A stretch of DNA of 64,000 nt from Candidatus Poribacteria bacterium (GTDB taxonomy: Bacteria; Poribacteria; WGA-4E; WGA-3G), in assembly GCA_965205015.1 (NCBI GenBank), contig OZ242029.1:416001-480000 (forward strand), given 5' to 3'. The notes under the pieces are model-generated. The model was not told the DNA's origin. It saw only the letters and a list, made by a program, of their open reading frames with translations, and did not search any database. Numbering within the stretch: the first letter of the stretch is position 1; each line of letters starts with the position of its first letter. Positions 29,604 through 38,478 of the stretch are shown piece by piece. Position numbers and translations under genes: made by a program.

Positions 29604-30065
29604 AGGATTGGGCTTGTCCACTACGCCAACCAAGGCTATAGAGTGGGCAAGGGTAACTCATTGACTACCGTAAAATATCGCAGTTTCTGGAGCGTGGTAG
29701 CTCCAAACAATGGTTAGAGAACGCTATACCGAACTGGTAGTAGGTATAGTTAAGGGTGCTCCCCAAGCCTTAACCCTCTTGGAAACTGTGATCGGGATGG
29801 GGCAACATATACCCGCTTTTGCGGAGAGCCGAAAGGTCATTACCTGTTTTCTTGATAGCACCGGGTCAGGTCTCAGTAGTAAGTGGTGACAGCCTTGTGA
29901 ACCGAAGCAGCCCACTGGAAAGAATCGCCTACTGGATTGTGGCGAAAAAACAACCAGCACTTTTTCTATCGGTTTCTTTTTTTTAACCTGGACCTCTGGT
30001 CCTTTCCAAGAGGGCGGTGTTTCCTCCCAAGCCTAAAAGACTTGGGTCTCCACACCGTAATATAG
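29585..30065 (+). mobile_element. non-autonomous IS200/IS605-type element carrying a stand-alone omegaRNA (no intact ORF)
   Basis: starts GTCAGTGACCCAAACCTAAAGGATTGGGCTTG like 44633; shares CATTGACTAC, TATCGCAGT, AGCGTGGTAGC, TGCTCCCCAAG, ACTGTGATC.GGATGGGGCAA with 44633-44835; hairpin end at 30015-30065; removal restores the hemC/cobA ATGA overlap. Confidence 0.85.
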
Positions 30066-31565
30066 ATGAACAAACCGAGCACAGGTACCGTTTACATCGT
30101 AGGTGCTGGTCCCGGCGACAGAAAACTCATCACGCTTAAAGGTGTGGAGTGTCTGCAGCGCGCCGATGTCGTCATTTATGACCTGTTGCTCAACGACAGC
30201 CTGTTGGAACACTGCCCCGCGCACACCGAAAAAATCCAAGCCCCCGACCCGCGACTCCGAACGACCCGCCAAGATGAACTCAACCACTTGCTGATTGAAC
30301 ACGCCAAAGCCGGGAAAACCGTTGTTCGCCTGAAAGGCGGCGATCCCTATATCTTCGGACGCGGCGGCGAAGAAGCCGTTGCGCTCACGGAAGCCGGTAT
30401 CCCATTCGAAGTTGTTCCGGGTATCACATCGGCGATTGCCGCATCAGCGTATGCAGGCATTCCAGTTACACATCGCGACTATGCCTCATCGGTCGCTTTT
30501 GTGACAGGGCATTCCGCGGCATTACATCCAGATTCAAACATTAATTGGTCACACCTCGCCACAGCCGTTGATACGCTCGTTGTCTACATGGGGGTCGCAC
30601 ACCTTCGCCAGATTGTGGAGCGGCTAACAGCACACGGTAGAGATCCGCAAACTCCTGTCAGTTTAGTCCGTCTCGGAACGACACCGCAACAGCATGTCGT
30701 CCAAGGCACCCTCACCGATATTGTGCAAAAAGTGGAAGCAGTGCAACTCAAAAGTCCAGCGGTTATCGTTGTGGGAGAGGTAAACCGGCTACGTGAGCAC
30801 CTCCGATGGTTTGATACCAAACCCCTCTTCGGAAAGCGGATCCTTGTCACGCGCGCCCGAGCACAGGCAAGCGAATTCGCAGACCTGTTGGAAGCAAACG
30901 GCGCAGAAGTCATTCAATTCCCCACGATACAGATTCAACCGATTGCGGGTGTAGACATACCCCCTCCCAACACATACGATTGGGTCATCTTTACGAGCGT
31001 CAACGCCGTTGAAATTCTCTATGAACGTCTACGAGAAAGCGGAAAGGATGCCCGAGCGTTCGGTGGGAGCCGTATCTGCGCAGTCGGCGCGAAAACGGTG
31101 GAAGCTTTAAACCGCATCGGTATCCATCCCGATTTCGTGCCTTCTCACGCCCGCGGAAGTGCTATTGCCTCTGAAATGACAGACGTGAACGGAAAGAAAA
31201 TCCTCCTACCACGTGCGAAAATTGCCACTGCCGATCTGCCCAACGGTTTGCGCGAGAAGGGGGCACAGGTCGATGATGTGCCACTCTACGATACCCTCAA
31301 AGTGGCAAACGAAAACAGCGATGAAATCGAAGCAGACCTTCTGAACGGTAGCATCGACTTCGTCACGTTCACCAGTTCCTCAACGGTTACGAATTTCTTG
31401 GAGATGTTCCGCGCACACGCACCCATGGACTTACTCGCGAATGTCAAGGTCGCCGTGATCGGACCCACAACACAGAAAACGGCACTGGCGCGTGATATAC
31501 GGGTTGATGTGGTTGCGAAGGAGGCATCCGTCGAGAGTCTTGTGGAAGCAATCATTGAGGTATGA
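30066..31565 (+). CDS. cobA-hemD: fused uroporphyrinogen-III C-methyltransferase / uroporphyrinogen-III synthase
   Basis: VGAGPGD, RLKGGDP, VVPGITS; then RILVTRA, IFTSVNAV, TFTSSSTV, IGPTT. Confidence 0.95.
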   Translation: MNKPSTGTVYIVGAGPGDRKLITLKGVECLQRADVVIYDLLLNDSLLEHCPAHTEKIQAPDPRLRTTRQDELNHLLIEHAKAGKTVVRLKGGDPYIFGRGGEEAVALTEAGIPFEVVPGITSAIAASAYAGIPVTHRDYASSVAFVTGHSAALHPDSNINWSHLATAVDTLVVYMGVAHLRQIVERLTAHGRDPQTPVSLVRLGTTPQQHVVQGTLTDIVQKVEAVQLKSPAVIVVGEVNRLREHLRWFDTKPLFGKRILVTRARAQASEFADLLEANGAEVIQFPTIQIQPIAGVDIPPPNTYDWVIFTSVNAVEILYERLRESGKDARAFGGSRICAVGAKTVEALNRIGIHPDFVPSHARGSAIASEMTDVNGKKILLPRAKIATADLPNGLREKGAQVDDVPLYDTLKVANENSDEIEADLLNGSIDFVTFTSSSTVTNFLEMFRAHAPMDLLANVKVAVIGPTTQKTALARDIRVDVVAKEASVESLVEAIIEV

Positions 31566-31785
31566 TTTATAGCAAAACCCACAATTAAATTTACACTCTG
31601 TTTTGAATTTTAGGGTAGATTCATAGTCCTGTGATTTATCGCATGTTACCCGTCCTGAACGAGCAATGAATTGTTCAGTCTATCCCAATTTCAAGGTGGA
31701 CAAAACAAGTTGTAGCGCAAACTGTTAGTTTGCGACACATGCAGGCACAAACTAACAGTTTGTGTTACAAAAAGGAGATTACATT

Positions 31786-32532
31786 ATGAAAAACCGAATT
31801 TTCTATTATAGCGCGCTCGTTTGCTTACTCATGTTCAGCATTGTCTGTATAGCAAACGCCGCAAACGAATCCTTCGGGGATCCCTTCGAGAAGGGGAAGT
31901 TGCAAAACCCGAATTGGAAATGGCAAAACGAACCCCCGGATTGGGATATCGGGGACACCCGTGAGGATTACCTGTATATTGACAGTGAAACCAACCGAAA
32001 CATCTGGGCATCGGATGAATCCCACTTCCTCTATCAGGAAACCGATGCCGACATGTTTGATGTCGAAACCCATTTCTTTTCCACATGGGATACCGATTCC
32101 GGCGTTAATGGACTTCTCGTCAAAAGTCCGAAAGACAATAACTGGGTCACCATCAAGTTCTGGTCGCGTGATGCGGGGGCTAAAGGGCAACTCCAGTTCC
32201 AAACCCGGGAGGCGGGAGTACCTGGGGGTCCACCCGATCCACCGTGGCGTCCGGAATTTGGTGATACGGAATTGTTCCTCAGGCTCAAAAAAGAGAGAGA
32301 TACTTACACGGCGTGGTATAAAATGGACGCAAACGACGATTGGACAGATTTCGGCGCAGGCGACTTTAAGATGACACCCCCGCTGTGGCTCGGAATTTAT
32401 GCCGGTGTCGCCTCAGGGGTCGGTTCCTTAGAGGTCGAATACGAGTATTTCCAAGACAATGTGACACCTTGGGGGGTTGAACCTGAAGGCAAAGTGGCGA
32501 CAACCTGGGGCATCCTGAAGTCACGCTATTAG
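31786..32532 (+). CDS. secreted concanavalin/jellyroll-like protein with TWG tail
   Basis: AAGGAG RBS; signal peptide ending ANA; LRLKKERDTYTAWY, LGIYA; ends GVEPEGKVATTWGILKSRY. Confidence 0.75.
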   Translation: MKNRIFYYSALVCLLMFSIVCIANAANESFGDPFEKGKLQNPNWKWQNEPPDWDIGDTREDYLYIDSETNRNIWASDESHFLYQETDADMFDVETHFFSTWDTDSGVNGLLVKSPKDNNWVTIKFWSRDAGAKGQLQFQTREAGVPGGPPDPPWRPEFGDTELFLRLKKERDTYTAWYKMDANDDWTDFGAGDFKMTPPLWLGIYAGVASGVGSLEVEYEYFQDNVTPWGVEPEGKVATTWGILKSRY

Positions 32533-32555
32533 GGTTACGATCAGGATCATTTTAT

Positions 32556-32580
32556 GTCGGGGCACCCCTTGTGGGTGCCC
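32556..32580. repeat. REP palindrome between convergent genes
   Basis: GTCG-GGGCACCC-CTTGT-GGGTGCCC, related to the 21196 palindrome. Confidence 0.6.
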
Positions 32581-32596
32581 ACAAATGAATGTAGTA

Positions 32597-34093
32597 TTAC
32601 CCAAAAATCGGGAAAACATAAGGCACAAGCACTTTTTGATAGACGGTAATCGTTCCGAAAATTGAATAGTACCCTGCACACAACAAAAGCCCAATCTGCT
32701 TCCACAACGGCGCTTGTATCTCAGGTGGTAAGAATTTCCGGTTCACATAGAACGTATGTATCGCTGAAAATACAAGGAGATACCCACCAATCGTTGCCGA
32801 TACCAAGATCATAAAGAAGGGTTTCGCGAGGTACATCGCGATGATCCCCCAAACGATATAGACCCCGAGAATGGGATAATAGATCCATTTTGCGCTGTTT
32901 TCACCTAAGTTGCGCGCACGCCGCACGCCGGTCCAAATAATATCGGTAAAACCGCGCGGGACACCGTCCACGCCACCGAGCTGCGTCGAAAATAGCACCC
33001 AGAAACCGCAGAGCAGTGTGAGATACCACATAACCCTACCGCCTTTTGCCTCAAGTCCCTGTGCTTGCATTGCCGCTGCCGACCACTGTTCCATCTCCTG
33101 CCCCAAAGGCACATACTGCAAAGTCAGCATTGCGGGGAGTGCGATACCGATGAAACATCCGATCATCCAGATATAATACTGTTCAAATCGGACATATTTC
33201 CACCACTCCTTGAACCGTTCGAGGTTCTCCGGTGTGATGCGAAACACTTTGCCCCAGTGTGAGAGCGTTACGTGCTGCCCGCCGATGATAGAGGGAATCG
33301 CACCCACGAGACTGCTCATCCCCCAGCCTTTATCGCGGACGTAATGGGTGATACCGACATTCCCTAAGCCGCCGCTGCCAGCATACGCCGCGAACGCACC
33401 GACCAACAACCAATTTACCTGGCCGTCCTCCCCTCCAGTCGGAAATGCGCCGAAACTCAAGAACCCTTTGATAACTTTCCACCATGTGCTCGGTGACACC
33501 ATAAACAGATCGACGATGACAAGGTAGCCGATAATCCAAACTACCATAAAGAGCGACACCTTCTCAAGCGAGTTATAAATCTTCCCGCCGAACAGCACAA
33601 TCCCCAAACAGGAGAAAAAGATGAGATAGGCGAACACGCGCACCGTCCCGCCATCTGCCTCCGCCGGCATATAGCCGAGCCATGCCGCAGCGAGTGCCGT
33701 CGCAGCCGTCATCGCCCAACCGGGCCAAATCCCGAAAAAGTTGATACCCGAATAGAACGTCATCCAGAAGCCCGCGCCGGGTTTACAGCGCATATAACCG
33801 CTCATCATCGGCTCGCCGGTATAGAGTGTATAGCGGATCGCCTCTGTATTCAGAATGACTTGAAGTAGGATAGCGATTGTCGCGATCCAGAGCAATGTGC
33901 CACCGTATTGTGCCGTAATCGCAGGACCCAGGAGCCATTCGCCACTCCCAATTGAACCGCCTAACGCAATGATACCGGGACCTAAGATATTCCGAAACGC
34001 TTTCCCAAATTGATACGGGGGCGGTGCAGGTAAATCGTCGACCTCCCAATCCGGGAGCGTGCCGCCCGCTACACGTTCTTTGGTTTCTGCCAT
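32597..34093 (-). CDS. NRAMP/APC-superfamily transporter
   Basis: LGPGIIALGGSIGSGEW motif; many TM helices. Confidence 0.8.
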   Translation of the reverse strand: MAETKERVAGGTLPDWEVDDLPAPPPYQFGKAFRNILGPGIIALGGSIGSGEWLLGPAITAQYGGTLLWIATIAILLQVILNTEAIRYTLYTGEPMMSGYMRCKPGAGFWMTFYSGINFFGIWPGWAMTAATALAAAWLGYMPAEADGGTVRVFAYLIFFSCLGIVLFGGKIYNSLEKVSLFMVVWIIGYLVIVDLFMVSPSTWWKVIKGFLSFGAFPTGGEDGQVNWLLVGAFAAYAGSGGLGNVGITHYVRDKGWGMSSLVGAIPSIIGGQHVTLSHWGKVFRITPENLERFKEWWKYVRFEQYYIWMIGCFIGIALPAMLTLQYVPLGQEMEQWSAAAMQAQGLEAKGGRVMWYLTLLCGFWVLFSTQLGGVDGVPRGFTDIIWTGVRRARNLGENSAKWIYYPILGVYIVWGIIAMYLAKPFFMILVSATIGGYLLVFSAIHTFYVNRKFLPPEIQAPLWKQIGLLLCAGYYSIFGTITVYQKVLVPYVFPIFG

Positions 34094-34160
34094 ATTCCTA
34101 TACTTTCCCTCCTCGAATTTCGATTGCGGATTGAGGTGTTGACCCGTTTTTGTTCTTCCC

Positions 34161-35189
34161 CTACCACTCCCAACAGATAGGAACGTCTAATTTCTCAGCA
34201 ATGCCAGCGAGACCGCGTAAATGGTCCACGTGGATCGGGATGCCGTTTTCAAGGTAATCATCGTAATTATTCCACTCAATTTCGCCGGGAAGATATGCCT
34301 GTTCCACACCTTCTGCCGTTTTCGAGGCGTGAATTTTGTCGATACCCCGTTGGATTTCCTCTACATAACCCTCGTAGTCTGTGAAACTCGCAACATCCAT
34401 CGCAAAGAAGAAGTGTTCAGAAGGATCGCCTTCTTTATTACAAGCCATCAAACCACCGCTCAAAGGACCCGCTAAGATACCCATGATCAGTGCCAATCCG
34501 TAACCCCGCGGTCCCGCTGCCGGTGCGAGGAAACGTCCCTTATCTGGATCGCTCGTCGGTTGACCCGTCTCATCTACCAGCCACCCTTCAGGAATCGGTT
34601 TGCCATACATCCGAAGCGTGCCGATCTTCCCCCATGCGGAAACACCACACGCCATATCCAACACAATCGGATGCCCATCGCCGGTAGGCAAGGCGTAACT
34701 CATCGCGTTATTGGCAACCACGGCTTCCGCGCCGCCGGGTGCTACAATAGAGGCACCCCCCGTATTCGTCGTCGAAAACCCGATCATCCGTTGCGATGCC
34801 GCCATAATTGCGTAGCATGCCGCTGCACCGAAATGGCCGGCGTTGCGAACCCCTGCGGCAGCGATACCCGTTGTCTTCGCCTTCTCTATCGCCGTCTCCA
34901 TTGCGAACGTGCTTGCCAGATGTCCCATCCCGTTATCTCCCTCAACAACAGCGAAACTCGGTCCCTCTGTTGCGATGCAGAGTTCAGGCTGCGGGTTCAT
35001 CTTTCCGTCAAGAACGAGGTTGAGATACCCCGGTAATGCGCGTGTGCCGTGTGAATGCACACCCCGTAAATCCGTCAGTACCTGATGCTTCGCGATTGTC
35101 TCTCCGTCTTCCGAACGCAATCCTGCCTTTTCACAAAGCGTCCGAGCGAAATCGTGTAACCTCGCTGAATCTACCACAATCTCCTGCAT
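34161..35189 (-). CDS. Ldh_2 family oxidoreductase (malate/L-lactate/ureidoglycolate dehydrogenase-like)
   Basis: DLRGVHSHG, GDNGMGH, GHFGA, VLDMA, RGYGL, YLPGE; GGAGG RBS before 35189. Confidence 0.88.
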   Translation of the reverse strand: MQEIVVDSARLHDFARTLCEKAGLRSEDGETIAKHQVLTDLRGVHSHGTRALPGYLNLVLDGKMNPQPELCIATEGPSFAVVEGDNGMGHLASTFAMETAIEKAKTTGIAAAGVRNAGHFGAAACYAIMAASQRMIGFSTTNTGGASIVAPGGAEAVVANNAMSYALPTGDGHPIVLDMACGVSAWGKIGTLRMYGKPIPEGWLVDETGQPTSDPDKGRFLAPAAGPRGYGLALIMGILAGPLSGGLMACNKEGDPSEHFFFAMDVASFTDYEGYVEEIQRGIDKIHASKTAEGVEQAYLPGEIEWNNYDDYLENGIPIHVDHLRGLAGIAEKLDVPICWEW

Positions 35190-35313
35190 AACATCCCCTC
35201 CAGTCATGAATTTACGGTCCATTTTAGCAGAGGAGCGGTTATGAATCAAGCACAATCCGATTTTTTCAGGTGTTCCATCATTTCTTTTGCATAAGAACCT
35301 ACGACGCTTTGAT

Positions 35314-35342
35314 TTGAGAAATCTCCTCAATTGTGGTATAAT
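35314..35342 (+). promoter_or_regulatory. sigma70 promoter
   Basis: TTGAGA-N17-TATAAT with extended TG. Confidence 0.65.
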
Positions 35343-35507
35343 TGAACACGGAGATGGTCCCCAATGGCATTTAGCGATTTCAAGTCAATTTCTTTAGACT
35401 GTGCTTGCCTTTTGTAGCATAGTCTGTTAGACTGTGCCTGCCTTTGGATGCACAAACTGAATGAAGGAGACGCAACGCCTACTCCGAAAAAGAAGGAGAC
35501 GAACCCA

Positions 35508-38471
35508 ATGAAGAAGCTACAACTCTTAGCATTCGCCCTATGGATAGCACTCACCTTACCCACCGCTTATGCCCAGAATCTCTCGCAACAGCACTTACCC
35601 GAAGGTGCGAAGATGCGCCTCGGTAAAGGTGAAACATGGGCGTTTCAGCTTTCACCCGATGGCACGCGGCTGAAGGTGGCAAGTGGTTTAGGGATCTGGC
35701 ATTACGATACACAGACAGGTCAAGAAGTTACTGTGGTTCCCTGGTCGAAAAATATTAGTATAGGTCGTGCTGTATTCAGTCCAGATGGTAGGGTACTTGC
35801 GAGTATTCATTATGGCAGGACTGAGGTTCAGCTATGGGATGTGGCGACGGGGGCACTTCTCAAGACACTCACGGGGCACACGGGTAGGGATCTCGCTAGT
35901 ATAACGTTCAGTCCGGATGGTACCACCCTGGCGAGTGGGAGTTATGATAAGACGGTTAGTCTGTGGGATGTGGCGACGGGGGCACTTCTCAAGACACTCA
36001 CTGGACACACGTATCCTGTCTTTGGTGTAACGTTCAGTCCGGATGGCAGGATACTGGCAAGTAGTGGAGGAGGGTACGACCGAACAGTTCGTCTGTGGGA
36101 TGTAGAGACGGGGGCACTTCTTAAGACACTCATTGGACATACGAGGGGTGTCTTTGATGTATCGTTCAGTCCGGATGGTAGGATACTGGCGAGTGGGAGT
36201 GAGGATAGCACGGTTCGTCTGTGGGATGTGGCGACGGGGGCACTTCTCAAGACACTCACTGAACATACGGGTAAGGTCTCGGGGGTAGCGTTCAGTCCAG
36301 ATGGTACCACTCTGGCGAGCAGTGGCGCGAGCAGTGGCGCTTGGACCGACAGCACGGTTCAGCTATGGGATGTGGCGACGGGGGCACTTCTCAAGACACT
36401 CACTGAACATACGGGTAAGGTCGGGAGGGTAGCGTTCAGTCCAGATGGTACCACCCTGGTGGGTCTGGGTTCGACGGTTCAGCTATGGGATGTGGCGACG
36501 GGGGCACTTCTCAAGACACTCACTGAGCATACGGGTGCGGTCCGGAGAGTAGCATTCAGTCCGGATGGCAGGACACTGGCAAGTGCGCTTTGGGATGGCA
36601 CGGTTTGTCTATGGGATGTAGGGACGGGGGCACTTCTCAAAACCCTCACTGGGCATACGGGTAATGTCTTTAGTGTAGCCTTCAGCCCGGATGGTCAGAT
36701 GCTGGCGAGTGGGAGTCTGGAGGAGATTCGTTTCTGGGATGTAGGGACGGGGGCACTTCTCAAAACCCTCACTGAGCCTACGGGTAATGTCCTCAGCGTA
36801 GCCTTCAGCCCGGATGGTCAGATGCTGGCGAGTGGGGGTAATGATACGGTGATTCGTTTGTGGGATACGCGGACAGGGGCCCTCCGAAAAACGTTTATGG
36901 GGCACACGGCAACGGTCATGAGTATGGCGTTCAGTCCGGATGGGACAACGCTGGGGAGTACGGGTCTGGACAACACGGTTCGGCTGTGGGATGTGCGGAC
37001 AGGAATACCCCGTGAGAGGCTCACAGAGCCTAAAGTCATTCCCTGTGCGTATGGCCAAAGTGTGGTGTTCAGTCCCGATGGCACCACCTTCGCAAATAAT
37101 GTGAATGGTGGTGCAGTTCAGCTGTGGGATGTGCACAGTGGTGAACTCCAACGGACATTTAACGCTTCGGCAGGGACTCCGCCTGCCTTCAGTCCCGATA
37201 GTGGCTTCCTTGCTATCGGAAATCACTCCGATAGGGTCTTGCTTATGGATCTTGCCATAGGTGAGGCATGGGAACCCCTCGGATATCACACAGGGGTTAA
37301 CGACCTGGCGTTCAGTCCGGATGGCAGGACACTGGCGAGTGGAGGTAATACTGGCACGATCCTTCTATGGGATGCCACACCTTACACCTCACAACCTTTC
37401 ACTGTTGAGACGGATAGCATAACAGTAGTGCCGGAGGTGCCTGTTGGTGGCGATGTTGCGAGTGTGAGTCTCTCGCCTGCGGCGGTATGGTCTGGCACTA
37501 TAGGGGACCAAGTGACGGTGAACGCTAACATCGCAAAGGGTGTAGATGTGAGAGGGTATCAGGTGGAACTCACTTTTGAGACGACTGCGCTGCGGTTTGT
37601 GTCAAGTGTGGATGCTGGGTATCTGCCTACGGGTGCTTTCCAAGTGCTGCCCGTGGTGAATAACAATCGCGTCACGTTTGGTGCGACCTCTCTGCAAGAG
37701 AGCAGTGAAGGGGAGGGAACGCTTGCGGCATTCACGTTTGAAGTGCTTGCTGCCTCGCCCGCGATGCCGAGATTAGTTGATGTGAAACTCACCGACAGCG
37801 ACGCGAACTTCTTAGCCGTGCGGATTGAAACTCCGGGCGTGCCGGATTCCGCGCCCCTCACAGGAGACGTGAACGGTGATGGTGTGATAAACCTTGAAGA
37901 TATGGAGGCAGCGACAACGCGTCTGGGGCAAAGGGGTGAGAACACGGCGGATATGAACGGCGATGGCGTTGTGGATGCTGCGGATTTAGTGCTCATCGCA
38001 GCAGCGATAGAAGCCGCGACGGCTGCCCCATCCCTGCATCCATCAGTTGTTACTGAACTGTTCACTGCGACAGCGGTGCGTCAGTGGTTGTCGCTTGCGC
38101 GGGCACAAGGTCTCACGGGTGGGGAATATCAGCGTGGGTTTCTGCTGCTGGAGCAACTCCTCTTAATACTCACGCCGAAAGAGACGATGTTGTTAGCAAA
38201 CTATCCCAATCCCTTCAATCCTGAGACGTGGATCCCATATCACCTCTCTGAACCTGCGGATGTCCGTATTTCAATTTATGCTGCCGATGGTCGATTGGTT
38301 CGGATGCTAACCGTAGGGCATCAGGGTGCGGGTATCTATGAATCTCGGGGTCGCGCGGCGTATTGGGATGGCAGAAATGCGTTGGGTGAAACTGTGGCGA
38401 GTGGTGTCTATTTCTACACCTTCACCACTGGTGAGTTCACCGCCACCCGAAAACTGTTGATACGCAAGTAA
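35508..38471 (+). CDS. secreted WD40-repeat protein with cohesin, dockerin and FlgD-Ig/T9SS-CTD-like C-terminal domain
   Basis: AAGGAG RBS; signal peptide ending AYA; many FSPDG..LASG..V.LWDV repeats; GDVNGDG/ADMNGDG dockerin; NYPNPFNPETWIPY..WDGRN..VASGVYFY..TRKLLIRK. Confidence 0.92.
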   Translation: MKKLQLLAFALWIALTLPTAYAQNLSQQHLPEGAKMRLGKGETWAFQLSPDGTRLKVASGLGIWHYDTQTGQEVTVVPWSKNISIGRAVFSPDGRVLASIHYGRTEVQLWDVATGALLKTLTGHTGRDLASITFSPDGTTLASGSYDKTVSLWDVATGALLKTLTGHTYPVFGVTFSPDGRILASSGGGYDRTVRLWDVETGALLKTLIGHTRGVFDVSFSPDGRILASGSEDSTVRLWDVATGALLKTLTEHTGKVSGVAFSPDGTTLASSGASSGAWTDSTVQLWDVATGALLKTLTEHTGKVGRVAFSPDGTTLVGLGSTVQLWDVATGALLKTLTEHTGAVRRVAFSPDGRTLASALWDGTVCLWDVGTGALLKTLTGHTGNVFSVAFSPDGQMLASGSLEEIRFWDVGTGALLKTLTEPTGNVLSVAFSPDGQMLASGGNDTVIRLWDTRTGALRKTFMGHTATVMSMAFSPDGTTLGSTGLDNTVRLWDVRTGIPRERLTEPKVIPCAYGQSVVFSPDGTTFANNVNGGAVQLWDVHSGELQRTFNASAGTPPAFSPDSGFLAIGNHSDRVLLMDLAIGEAWEPLGYHTGVNDLAFSPDGRTLASGGNTGTILLWDATPYTSQPFTVETDSITVVPEVPVGGDVASVSLSPAAVWSGTIGDQVTVNANIAKGVDVRGYQVELTFETTALRFVSSVDAGYLPTGAFQVLPVVNNNRVTFGATSLQESSEGEGTLAAFTFEVLAASPAMPRLVDVKLTDSDANFLAVRIETPGVPDSAPLTGDVNGDGVINLEDMEAATTRLGQRGENTADMNGDGVVDAADLVLIAAAIEAATAAPSLHPSVVTELFTATAVRQWLSLARAQGLTGGEYQRGFLLLEQLLLILTPKETMLLANYPNPFNPETWIPYHLSEPADVRISIYAADGRLVRMLTVGHQGAGIYESRGRAAYWDGRNALGETVASGVYFYTFTTGEFTATRKLLIRK
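35830..36865 (+). repeat. highly similar intragenic WD40 nucleotide repeats (about 120-135 bp units)
   Basis: TGGGATGTGGCGACGGGGGCACTTCTCAAGACACTCAC recurs with few changes about eight times. Confidence 0.9.
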
Positions 38472-38478
38472 GTACCGG

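Noticed and set aside
29863-29913. GGGTCAGGTC...GAAGCAGCCC resembling SRP RNA domain IV
   Set aside because: The halves are 31 nt apart, the CCGGAAGG tetraloop stem is missing and the site lies in a mobile element; probably coincidence (an Infernal search would settle it).
35830-36865. Regularly spaced repeats resembling a CRISPR array
   Set aside because: They are in-frame WD40 coding repeats with homologous 'spacers'; no cas genes.
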